Below the pieces are notes generated by a model, which saw only the letters and a program-made list of their open reading frames with translations, had not been told where the DNA came from and did not search any database. A stretch of DNA of 29,473 nt from Thermoplasmatales archaeon (GTDB lineage Archaea > Thermoplasmatota > Thermoplasmata > Thermoplasmatales > Thermoplasmataceae). How positions within the stretch are numbered: the first letter of the stretch is position 1; the number at the start of each line of letters is the position of its first letter. Location of the stretch: contig DAIDBH010000009.1 in the NCBI GenBank assembly GCA_027310185.1, forward strand, positions 1-29,473. Direction: 5' to 3'. The translations under genes and the position numbers were made by a program. Below, in pieces: positions 10,007 through 19,866 of this stretch.

Positions 10007-11344
10007 CTACGGCTTTGTTGCCTCAATCCTGAGACCGTGCCACCTGACTGTATAGCCTGCTTCAATCAGTGCTTCTGCAGGTGTAAAGCCCATGAAATCA
10101 AGGTAGTCGACCATTGCCTCCGAATCGGGATACAGTTCACTGAGATGCCTGATCATCTTCTCTGTGAGTTTTCTACTATTTTCGACTGCATCCTTTTTGC
10201 TGATCTGTTCAGTTACCTTCTTCTTTTTCTCTTCATATTCTTGTCTCTTCAAAAGAAATTCGTATGCATCTGTGAAGTTGAATTCTGATTTCATGCAATT
10301 TGCACCCTTTGGACACTTCTGCCCTGATTCAACTATGCAGAAAAGTGCACATTCATGACCGGCATTCTTGATGCTTTCCATAATGCTGCAATCCTCTTCG
10401 TAGTAATTCGGTCTCGTTATGAGGATCATTATTTTCCTTTCGCCCAGGGACAGAGAATAATCTGCGAAGATCTTGTTGTTCTTCACGACAACAGGTTCAG
10501 GATCATCCCTGAAATATGAACTGTGCATGCCATGACTGGACTCTGTAACATTTCCAGTATATTCACTTACAGAACTGTCCAGATGATAGGAATATTCTTC
10601 CTTTCCCCTCGTATTTTTCAGGCTGACCATTGCATCCATTTCCCAGTCCTGGAATCTCATAAGAAATCGTACAAACAGTGCGAATTTATATCCGTATCTT
10701 TCACTGTGCTCCTCTATAATCAGAGGCCCGCTCAGTATAATGGTTGATTGATTAGAACCTGGCTCAAGATTATAGAGGAGGCCGAGACTCCTTGCCTTCC
10801 TAACAATACGGTTTATGTTTTCATTCATCCTTACGGTCATTGTGATGCATTTCAGGATCACAGTTTCAATCTGCTCCATGTTGAACTTTTTCCATAGTTC
10901 ATCATAGGAAATGTCCGGAATGGATTCTAGAATTTGCTCGTTCTCCTTGTCTGCGTAAATTGATCTTGTTACTTCCTCCACATTGCTACCCAGCTCCTCA
11001 GCCACCCTTACCAGTATTTGTTCCCTGCTCTCCTGCGAGACAGGAGGAATTTTCGCATGCTTGAATATTGTTGATCTTACGAGTTCAGCATTAAGCCCTG
11101 CAGGTGGAGACATCTTTGAAATACGGAACATAATCAGTGAAAGGCCACGGATAATCCTGGGGTTCTGTATCTTTAATTCCATAATCTTGATCTCCTTTTC
11201 AATTTCTTCCCTGGAAGACCCGATGCGTGATTTGAATAGATCAAGCACAGCAGAACAGTAATCACTGTTATCCTCCGTGAGGAAGACAGATCGTGCCGTA
11301 CCGTTCCTGCTTTTCCTAACTGTCATTAGTTGAACCGGGAACAC
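10007..11344 (-). CDS. bax1: DUF790 family endonuclease (Bax1-like XPB partner)
   Basis: MFPVQLM start at GTG 11344 preceded by AGGAGGAGG. SIYAD, FNMEQIET and SGPL...SERYG motifs. Overlaps the 3' end of xpb. Confidence 0.8.
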   Translation of the reverse strand: MFPVQLMTVRKSRNGTARSVFLTEDNSDYCSAVLDLFKSRIGSSREEIEKEIKIMELKIQNPRIIRGLSLIMFRISKMSPPAGLNAELVRSTIFKHAKIPPVSQESREQILVRVAEELGSNVEEVTRSIYADKENEQILESIPDISYDELWKKFNMEQIETVILKCITMTVRMNENINRIVRKARSLGLLYNLEPGSNQSTIILSGPLIIEEHSERYGYKFALFVRFLMRFQDWEMDAMVSLKNTRGKEEYSYHLDSSVSEYTGNVTESSHGMHSSYFRDDPEPVVVKNNKIFADYSLSLGERKIMILITRPNYYEEDCSIMESIKNAGHECALFCIVESGQKCPKGANCMKSEFNFTDAYEFLLKRQEYEEKKKKVTEQISKKDAVENSRKLTEKMIRHLSELYPDSEAMVDYLDFMGFTPAEALIEAGYTVRWHGLRIEATKP

Positions 11345-12667
11345 CCTTTCTCCTCCTCCTTGATGTGCTGTATTCTGAAGTGCCCTTTGCAACCACCTCA
11401 TAAAGAATAGAATGCTTTCCTTCCGATTGCCTCAGGAGTCTTCCAAGACGCTGCCTGAACTGCCTTGTACTTCCTGATCCGCTCAGAACGATGCCAACTG
11501 TGGCATCCGGAACGTCTATGCCTTCATCAAGCACCCTTGATGTTGCAAGCACAGAAACATCACCGCTCCTGAACATCTCGAAATATTTCTTTCTTTCAGG
11601 ACCTGGCGTTAGATATGTGATACATGGTACGAGGAATTCCTTTGAGATGAGGTAGGCAGTTGCTGTATCTTCTGCAAAAATCAGGGTCTTCTTTCCCCTG
11701 TTCTGGGAAAGTACATATCTAACTGCGTCAACCTTTATCCTTGCACTGAATGCGATCTCTCGTGCCTTTCTCCATGCCATGAGTGCCTCCCTGCCGTCAG
11801 GATTCCATGATGACATGATGAACTTCTCGAAGTCCCATGGACCGCGCATTGTTATGCGGTGCTTCCTCAGGTATGATGTGAATATCTGCCTGTTCTTTCA
11901 TATTCTTCCTCTTCCTCCTGCTCCAGGTCAACAGGTATTCTCACGATGTCATAACCTGCAAGAAATTCCGTTAATTCTTCGTAACCAAGTTCAAAGATCT
12001 TGCCGCCCATTGTTGTTTCCAGTTTCTCATGAAGCATGTCAAGACGCTCAAATGTTGCAGTAAGACCCAGCCTGAAAGGGGATGCAAACATTCTTGCAAT
12101 CTCCCCATACCTTTCCGATGCAAGGTGATGCACCTCGTCCACCAGCAGGAACTTGAACCTGTTACCCAGTTCTTCTGCCATGAGATATGCTGAATCATAT
12201 GTACAGACTGTTATGGGCCTGATGTCTTTTTCTCCTCCACCTATCTGTCCAACTTCGATCCCAAGCGTACTCTGAAGTTTTGTTCTCCACTGCTGTATGA
12301 GCTCTATGGTCGGAGCTATTATTATGGTTGATACTGAAAGCCTGGCAATTGCATCTATGCCTATGTGGGTCTTTCCTGCAGCCGTTGGCAGAACCACTAT
12401 TCCCCTCATGCCGTTTCCAGACCACATGTCAATGGCCTTCTGCTGGTATGATCTCAGCTTTTCACTATGCGAAAGATTCAGATCTTCCTGTTCTTCGAAA
12501 ACCATGTCCTCTGCATCGGGATATTCTTTCTTTAATGTGAAATATTCATAAGCAGGAGCCCTGAAAACCTAGATTCTCTCATCGTACTGCGCAATTGATG
12601 AAATACCTTCTGGTGGGTCACGAATGAGTATGGTTCCTCTGGAAAAGATCAGATTCATCGGTTTCAT
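11316..12667 (-). pseudogene. xpb: XPB/Rad25-family SF2 helicase, interrupted by an in-frame TAG and a 1-nt frameshift
   Basis: LRSYQ, LPTAAGKT, DEVHH, GLTAT, VLDEGIDVPD, QRLGRLLR motifs. ATG at 12667, TAG at 12569-12571 (codon 33). One A is missing near 11896-11898; restoring it gives EYEKNRQIFTSYLRKHRITMRGPW. Confidence 0.85.
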
Positions 12668-13014
12668 ATGGAGAATAGACTAATTAATGTAACCGGTGTA
12701 ATGGCACTGTTCTCACGACAATGCCGTAATCCGGTATATTTTTCTATCCTTATCTCCACCAAATGCCATGAAAAGGATATCTGTGGAAATTTTTGGGATA
12801 CCCCATCATAAAGGAATAGCCCTTTGAAGAAGAGGAATGAGAATCGTCATGGTGGTGACAGCCACGAGACTACTTGTCCTCTCATTCCAGAGGCGAAGCG
12901 ATGAAATTGTGCGGAGACTGAGAATTGATCCACAAAAAGTGCTCATGGTCTAGAAACGCCTCCCTGATGGAATACTGAAAAAGGCCTGCATGATTTTACT
13001 AAACCGGGCCAGAC

Positions 13015-13086
13015 GTGAAAGTACGGAAGCTGCACATAGTTACTGACAATCTTAAAACACATTTTGCAGGATCATTCGAGAAGACC
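13015..13086 (+). mobile_element. IS630-family transposase fragment
   Basis: RKLHIVTDNLKTHFAGSF matches the IS630 hHhVxDNLxTH catalytic segment; abuts the truncated merA. Confidence 0.5.
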
Positions 13087-13105
13087 CATGGCAATGACAG
13101 AAAAA

Positions 13106-14401
13106 GTCCATTGTGCCCCCTCAAAATACCTTCTGGAAGCCTCTCACCAGATATACCTTCCCGGGCATCCAAAGATGAGAGGACTTCCGTCTACAAAGAT
13201 TGAACACGATTTCCCCTCCATCATGGAAGGCCTTAGATCATACGTGGACCATACACGTAAGACAAAATTTGTCGACATGTTGCATAATTACCCAAATGTA
13301 ACTGTGTACGATGGACTGGCCAGGTTCGTGGATAGTAGAACTGTTCAGATAACAGATCAGGGGGGAAAAAGTTAAAGATGAGATTACCGCGCCGAATGTA
13401 CTGATTACAACAGGCTCTCACCCAACTGTTCCGAATATTGAGGGTCTCAAGGAGACTGGTTTCCTTACAAGTGACAGTATCTGGAACGGAACATTGGTAG
13501 CTTGCCGGAAAGCGTAGCGATAATAGGTGGTGGGGCTATAGGACTAGAGATTGGACAGGCTTTGTTGCACTTTGGTTCCAAGGTAACTATAATAGAGGCT
13601 TTGGATATAATTCTTCCACAGAGTGAACCTGAGATAGGACAGGCGCTTATGCTCAGACTTCAGCAGGAAGGTATGAATTTCTATCTCAGGGCAAGAGTCA
13701 GTTCTGTGGGAAAGTCAAACGGACAAAAGTATATTGAGTTCATAACACACAAGGGAAAGGAGAAAATAGAGGTCTCTGAGATAATAGTAGCCACCGGTCG
13801 TCAACCTAACAGTTCAAACCTGAATCTGGAGGCAGCAGAGGTAAAAACTGATGGAAGAGGCCTCATTGTTACCAATGCGAAGATGGAGACAACCTCAAGT
13901 GGGATATATGCCGCCGGAGACTGTGCCTCAAAGACAATGTTCCTGGAGACCCTTGCAGTAAGGGAAAGTGTCGTTGCAGTGGGCAATATGTTCGGGGAGA
14001 GCACTGAGATTAATTACATGTCCGCGACATGGGCCGTATTCACGTACCCACAGGTAGCAGGTGTTGGGATGACCGAGAAGGAATTCTCCAAACTAAAAGG
14101 ATCATGCTCGTGCAGGACGTCTTCATTGGCAAACACAATCTATGCCAGCATAACTGGTGAAACCGATGGAATCATAAAAATCACAATAGAACCGGAAACA
14201 AATAAGATTGTTGGAATGCACATTTTTGCACCCAATGCAACAGATCTCATAATTGAGGGTGCATACGCCGTGAGGTTGGGACTCACGTATGATGATATAG
14301 TTGCATCAGGACGCATATTTCCGTCATATTCTGAAGGAGTAAAACTAGCGGCTCAGTTGTTCATCAGGGACGTTTCTAAAGCGTCATGTTATGTTGAATA
14401 A
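13106..14401 (+). pseudogene. merA: Mercuric reductase pseudogene
   Basis: CAPSKYLLEAS is only the second half of the redox motif. IIGGGAIGLE, ATGRQPN, IYAAGD and CSCR are present. C-terminal SCYVE replaces the Cys-Cys pair. Frameshifts at ~13366-13370 and 13483-13492; N-terminus missing. Confidence 0.85.
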
Positions 14402-14576
14402 ACAGATACAATTTCCCCATTTATTGCTTCTCGAATTACCTATTTTCGGTGATCCTGTTTTATATCTCCCACTTCTGTGAAAAATGTCAATCCGACAATC
14501 AGGTCATCCTCCATTCACTTTAATAATTCTACTGCTTCGACCTATGGCGGAAATTGCCCTTTAGACATCTTGTACA

Positions 14577-14862
14577 TCATATGGGTTGTGGGGCACTATT
14601 CCCTTGTCCCTCTCCCCCTTCTAACTTGGCCGATGCGTCCTGTTTTGTCATGGTCCTCCCCAACATGCCCTCTGTCTCATCATCTGTTATACTCAGTTTG
14701 TTGTCAAGAATGTCTTTCCGCTTCATTGTCCTCTCAGGTTCCAACATCATCTTCCCCACGGAGTGCCTGTTCATGAGGCCTGATGCGCATCCTATAATAA
14801 GTTTTCCTAGCTCAAATTCAAAGTATGTGCCCATAGCTACCGCTAATCCGTGCCTGTTTCAT
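14577..14862 (-). pseudogene. Degraded ORF, possibly transposase-derived
   Basis: Fragmentary reading frame directly downstream of an IS110 fragment; no diagnostic motif recognised. Confidence 0.25.
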
Positions 14863-14880
14863 GTATTCCCTTTCTCCATT

Positions 14881-15172
14881 TTATTCCTGTTTCCTGAATC
14901 TTTCAGGTATCTCGAATGGCCTGTTGTTATGCCATACTGACCATATGATGTGGCACTGTTTCCTTGATGCTGCAACAAATGCCTTCTTCTTTGGCATGCC
15001 TCCATCAACCTTGCGATGGTAGAATTCTGATATGACCGGATTTCCCCATACTGCTGCAAGTGCTCTGGTATATTGCTGATCTCAGTGATGAATCTCCTCT
15101 TTTCCATATTGCCTTTTGAGATCTCTGTTTTCCACTCTCTTTAATTACAGGATCAATACCGGCGAATGCAAC
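14881..15172 (-). mobile_element. IS110-family transposase C-terminal fragment (copy 1)
   Basis: AFAGIDPVIKESGK...LRSAIYQ / ISEFYHRKVDGGMPKKKAFVAASRKQCHIIWSVW, frameshifted; homologous to 18495-18709. Confidence 0.85.
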
Positions 15173-15174
15173 CC

Positions 15175-15395
15175 TTAAGAGATCATAGAAATGTAAGGAT
15201 ACAATGAAGGACTTTGTTGAGAATACAATACCATACCTGGAACAGTACCATCAGAGAAGCAATTCTGAATCAGGATTTGCAGCAGACAATAAGATGCCTG
15301 GATAGAATATAGCACAGTGGAGGGATGACAGGATATACAATGCACTATTCTGCACAGGCGTTTGGCACAATCTGTTCAATATGGGCAGGTCATAG
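15175..15395 (+). mobile_element. IS5/IS4-like DDE transposase C-terminal fragment
   Basis: YLEQYHQRSNSESGFAADNK matches the Y-(2)-R-(3)-E-(6)-K type signature; internal TAG; ends ...WHNLFNMGRS*. Confidence 0.65.
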
Positions 15396-15457
15396 AATAG
15401 TGTCCCACACTCGTGTAGACCCTCTTCTTTATATTTTAAGATTCAATAGCCATATCA

Positions 15458-18229
15458 GTGTTTGAATCTTTCTTCTACGAGGTCGGGAAGTATGTCAGAA
15501 AGAATAAGAAAAAGGTACTTGTATTCTGGATTATCGCCTTTTTTCTCATGGCATACCCGGCAACCCTGATATTTACTGATACTTCATATAATCTTACAAG
15601 TTCACTTGTAACAAAAAATTCGCAGTCTTCCAAAGCCAATGATATACTTACATCGGAGTTTAATAGTTCTTCAGATCCTTCCATAATTATTGTTTCAAAT
15701 AATACTTCAATTAACAATCTAAATGTCAGCAGGGATATGCTCGAGTTTCAGTATTCAATGGCGGCATATTTGAAAAGCATAAATGTAGGTTATAAGGACG
15801 CAACCAGTATTTTCACTGTTGAAAATCAGACTTTAATGGGATATTCAAAAAGTACTTATAAGCTGGAAAATGCAATTGGCGGTTTAAGTCAGTATACTAT
15901 TTTCCTGAAAAGCAAAAGATATAATGTGTCTGAAGCTGTATATAATATAACAGAGCTTTCACCACAAAGTTTAACATTTGACAAATTACTTGGTGAGCTC
16001 TTCCCTGCATCTGTGTCTAACAACACCGAATTTGAAAAAAATGTAACAAATTTTGTAAAGACAGTATATCAGATAAATGAAGCCAAAGGCAAAGCGTATA
16101 TTAATAGTGCGATAGAAAATTACACTGTAAACCTGGTTGACCCCGGTCAGGTATATTTAATAAATAATGCAAAACCTCTGGCAAATCCACTCATAAGGAT
16201 TAATGTTCCATATTTCTCAAATTATCTTTATTCACTTTACAATAATTCTGGATTAAATTATACAGCTTTCGTGAGCTCCATAATAAACAATACAACATAT
16301 AATCATTATCCGGTGCTCCCATCTTCATATGCATCTTCTTCACTCATAAATCATGGCAATTCCACACTTTTAATGATATTCGGTTACAAGACAAAAATCA
16401 CTGCCGCGCAGCAGTCCCACATAGAATCCATGGAAAATATATACAGTTCAAAAATTTCAAACAGTTCATATTACCTTGCAGGTTCAACAGTTGCCAATAA
16501 TCAGCTGGCAAAAGAGTCAATACACGGACTTATCGTTGCCCTGATAATAGGCATAATAATATCCATTTCTATAGTCGGAATATTCTTCAGATCGCCTGTG
16601 GCAGCTTTTATTCCATTTCTGATTTTTATATTTTCATCAGTCATAGCTTCAGGAATAAACGGACTCCTGTATAAATACGTGTTCCATACTACAATTTCAT
16701 TTATAACGCCAACGCTACTCCTCATATTAGTTCTGGGAATAGCCTCTGATTATTCAGTTTATATCCTTTCCCGATACCGCAGTGAGATAAGGGCCAAAAA
16801 TCCTGATGCAATTCCAGAATCATCCAAATGGGCGGGTCGTGCGGTATTTACATCAGGAACAACGGTGGCAATTTCGTATCTGATTCTCTGGGTATCCAAT
16901 ATACCTATATTCAGCGATGCAGGTCTTACCAACGCAATAGCTGCCGTGGTAACAATCATACTTGGCGATACATTTTTGATAGCCATACTGGCACAGTGGG
17001 GAAAGAAGGCTTACTGGCCAAATAAACTTGAAGAAGGCAAAAAACTTCCATTTGAGAAATCCATGGAAAAGGTTGCACATGTAGCCCTTAACAACAAGAA
17101 TAAAATAATAGTTATACTTCTTGTAGTGGCTCTGGGTGCACTGTTCATATATTCAACAACTCCCACAAATATGGATGTCTTTGAACTGATACCTGCCAGT
17201 AGTGGAGTTCAGGCAACAACAGTAATAAATAGCTCACTGCATTATGACCTCTTCGATCCGGTCTATGTCATGGTCAATTTCACATCGCCGATTATGTATA
17301 CAAACGGCACAGGTGCCCTACAGTTCAACAGTACGGAATATAATCAAACCCTGGCAATAGAGAATAAACTTGCCAGTTCTCCATATGTGCATAGTATCTC
17401 AGGACCAGGCTATCCGTATGGAAAAAAGGTAAACTATACAGATATGATTTCATCGAGGGAATACAATGAACAGTATATAAGCCAGACTGTGACTTACATA
17501 GGCCACAATAACAAATCTGTGGAAATAGTGGTTTACCTTTCAAACGTTGCATGGAGCAATCCATCGGCAAATTTTGTGAATGAGATGCCTTCACTTGTAT
17601 CGAACATTGGTGGATCTTCAGATTACATGGCATATGTAGGCGGCACCACAGAATATCTTAACAACGCATATTCATTTACATCGCATTCTTTTGACGATAT
17701 GGTTCCAATTCTGGGAATTACAATATTTATAATACTACTAATACAACTTGCATCTGCATTGACACCTGTACGGCTGATACTCATGGTTATGGCAGCAGTT
17801 ATGATGGCCCTCTCCATTACGTACGTAATATTCTACTATTTCCTTCATTTACCGGTAGTAATATTCTTACCACTATTCGTTTTCATTACTTTGCTTGCTG
17901 TGGGTTTAGATTATGATATATTCATGATCACGAAGGTGCAGGAAAACATTGCAAAGGGCATGAGCAATGATGAGGCTATTAAAAATTCCATAATAGAGAA
18001 TGGTGGAGTTATAATAACACTCGGATTACTGCTATTCGCAACCTTCGGGGCACTCTACTTCAGTGGACTGGGCATCATAGAGGAGATAGGAGTTGGCCTT
18101 GCCCTCGGTGTCTTAATAGATACGTTTGTGAGCTGGATGTTCTTTGTTCCCGTAATGATGGCTGTAATGAATAAATATAACTGGTGGCCATCAAAGCTTG
18201 TAAAAGAAACAACTCCTAAGGAAAAATAA
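15458..18229 (+). CDS. MMPL/RND-superfamily membrane transporter
   Basis: Two TM bundles with LGIASDYSVYILSRYRSE and AVGLDYDIFMITKVQE; large N/S/T-rich extracellular loops; terminal NWWP. Confidence 0.92.
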   Translation: MFESFFYEVGKYVRKNKKKVLVFWIIAFFLMAYPATLIFTDTSYNLTSSLVTKNSQSSKANDILTSEFNSSSDPSIIIVSNNTSINNLNVSRDMLEFQYSMAAYLKSINVGYKDATSIFTVENQTLMGYSKSTYKLENAIGGLSQYTIFLKSKRYNVSEAVYNITELSPQSLTFDKLLGELFPASVSNNTEFEKNVTNFVKTVYQINEAKGKAYINSAIENYTVNLVDPGQVYLINNAKPLANPLIRINVPYFSNYLYSLYNNSGLNYTAFVSSIINNTTYNHYPVLPSSYASSSLINHGNSTLLMIFGYKTKITAAQQSHIESMENIYSSKISNSSYYLAGSTVANNQLAKESIHGLIVALIIGIIISISIVGIFFRSPVAAFIPFLIFIFSSVIASGINGLLYKYVFHTTISFITPTLLLILVLGIASDYSVYILSRYRSEIRAKNPDAIPESSKWAGRAVFTSGTTVAISYLILWVSNIPIFSDAGLTNAIAAVVTIILGDTFLIAILAQWGKKAYWPNKLEEGKKLPFEKSMEKVAHVALNNKNKIIVILLVVALGALFIYSTTPTNMDVFELIPASSGVQATTVINSSLHYDLFDPVYVMVNFTSPIMYTNGTGALQFNSTEYNQTLAIENKLASSPYVHSISGPGYPYGKKVNYTDMISSREYNEQYISQTVTYIGHNNKSVEIVVYLSNVAWSNPSANFVNEMPSLVSNIGGSSDYMAYVGGTTEYLNNAYSFTSHSFDDMVPILGITIFIILLIQLASALTPVRLILMVMAAVMMALSITYVIFYYFLHLPVVIFLPLFVFITLLAVGLDYDIFMITKVQENIAKGMSNDEAIKNSIIENGGVIITLGLLLFATFGALYFSGLGIIEEIGVGLALGVLIDTFVSWMFFVPVMMAVMNKYNWWPSKLVKETTPKEK

Positions 18230-18292
18230 TTATACGTTGCGGGACACGGTAATATGAAAATATTCCTTAAGGTGATATTTATGCATAACGCC

Positions 18293-18484
18293 TTAAGTTA
18301 TTACGCATAACTTTCTCAACTCCTCGTTGGGTTTGAAAAGTTTGCTGAACTCGTCCGAAAGGGCACCCTTCAGGTCGCTCAATAACTGGAAATACCTGTT
18401 GTATGTTGCGTGCTTTTTTACGAGCTTCAATACCCGTTCTATTGGATTCAACTCCGGTGAATACGAGGGAGGAAGTAGCAGCAT
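18293..18484 (-). mobile_element. IS630-family transposase C-terminal fragment
   Basis: LPPSYSPELNPIERV motif. Confidence 0.85.
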
Positions 18485-18489
18485 CCTAT

Positions 18490-18799
18490 AATAAGTTTCC
18501 TTGATGCTACAACAAGTGCCTTCTTCTTTGGCATGCCTCCATCAACCTTGCGATGGTAGAACTCAGATATGATCGGGTTTTCCCTTACTGCTGCAAGTGC
18601 TCTGGTATATTGCAGATCTCAGTGATGAATTTCCCCTCTTTGATATGGGCCCCTGGGATCTAGGTTTCCCGCTCTCCTGTATTACAGGATCAATGCCAGC
18701 GAATGCAACAAGCTTCTCTGCGTTCTCAAAACGATTGATGTCACATATCGTTCCAAGAATTACAGATCCTGTTACTGGTCCTATTCCTGGAACGCTCAT
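18490..18799 (-). mobile_element. IS110-family transposase fragment (copy 2)
   Basis: SVPGIGPVTG...RFENAEKLVAFAGIDPVIQESG...ISKRGNSSLRSAIYQ. Confidence 0.9.
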
Positions 18800-19300
18800 T
18801 ATGACATGATTTTATCATATCTTCTCTTCGACACATATTTCTCAATATCTATGGGATCATCTGAGATTGAATCCTCTGCTGATACATAATTGCTCAACAT
18901 GTCGACAGTAACTGGAGGCTTCTTTCTTTCATTTTTACTAGGATCAGACTCAATGAATGTAGCATCCTGAACAGTTTCCTTCTTTATCCGTTGTACCACG
19001 ATCTTCTTCAAGCTGCTTCTATACATGGTTTCATATAACAGAATCCTTTCCGGTCGACGACAGTCTCTCCCTGAAAAGCCACATTGTTATTGAATCAGGA
19101 ATCGTATCTGGATAACGCAGGAAGTTCCTGAAACCAATACGGTTGTACAGTTCCTTCTCCCTGACATCATCGGAGCAGTTGTACACACTCTACAGGAACA
19201 ATACCTTTATCATGACGATCTCATCAACATTGGGCTTTCCACCTTTGTCTGTATCCTTTCGATAAAGATCCTTGACCAGTGTCCTTAACGCTTTCCCCCC
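18800..19300 (-). mobile_element. IS5-family transposase N-terminal fragment, degraded
   Basis: KGGKPNVDEIVMIKVLFL*SVYN, FRNFL.YP..IPDS.TMWLFRERL, VQDATFIESDP; contains stops and frameshifts. Confidence 0.85.
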
Positions 19301-19444
19301 ACAATATACACGATTCACGGCTGAAATGCGAATTTTGTATTGCGATCAACCGAAAGTATGAATGGAGAAAGGATCAATTGGCATTATGTTTTTTATGGGA
19401 AGTATATAGGAAAAGTCCAATACGTGTAACATAATGCCAGCACA

Positions 19445-19786
19445 ATGGCAAAAGTATTGTTTCTCATAATAAGCGGGGAAAAGGACAAGGATAAAGCTGA
19501 TCTTGGAATTGCTACAGCTTCCAGAGCAATCGAGAAAAACAGGTACGAAGACGTTAAGGTTTTGTTCTACGGCGCAAGCGAAGTCTACGTACCTAAACTC
19601 GAGGGTCAGATCAAGGATCATTTTGATAAATTGATCAAAGCAAATGCCGTAGATTCCGCCTGCGTAGGGATCGCCAAAATGTATAATGTGGAAGAACAGC
19701 TGAAGAAACTCGGCGTAGTTTTGCTTCCTGCTGGAGAACAGATTTCGCATTATGTTAATAATGGGTACGTGGTGCTTTCGTTCTGA
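19445..19786 (+). CDS. DsrE-family protein
   Basis: KVLFLIISG, VKVLFYGASE, single-Cys ACVGIA, C-terminal GYVVLSF. Confidence 0.85.
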   Translation: MAKVLFLIISGEKDKDKADLGIATASRAIEKNRYEDVKVLFYGASEVYVPKLEGQIKDHFDKLIKANAVDSACVGIAKMYNVEEQLKKLGVVLLPAGEQISHYVNNGYVVLSF

Positions 19787-19866
19787 AAGCATCAAACCAC
19801 ATAACTTAACAACAGCCACTGAAGAGGATGACTACACCCCGTGAACCTCTTTCAATCGTACACGTA

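Noticed and set aside
12569-12571. Amber recoding (pyrrolysine or readthrough) in xpb
   Set aside because: TAG ends the aminopeptidase, DUF302 and DUF790 genes at sensible positions, xpb also has a frameshift, and no pyl genes are visible.
12960-12985. Hammerhead-like CTGATG...GAAA
   Set aside because: It lacks the CUGANGA consensus and a stem II.
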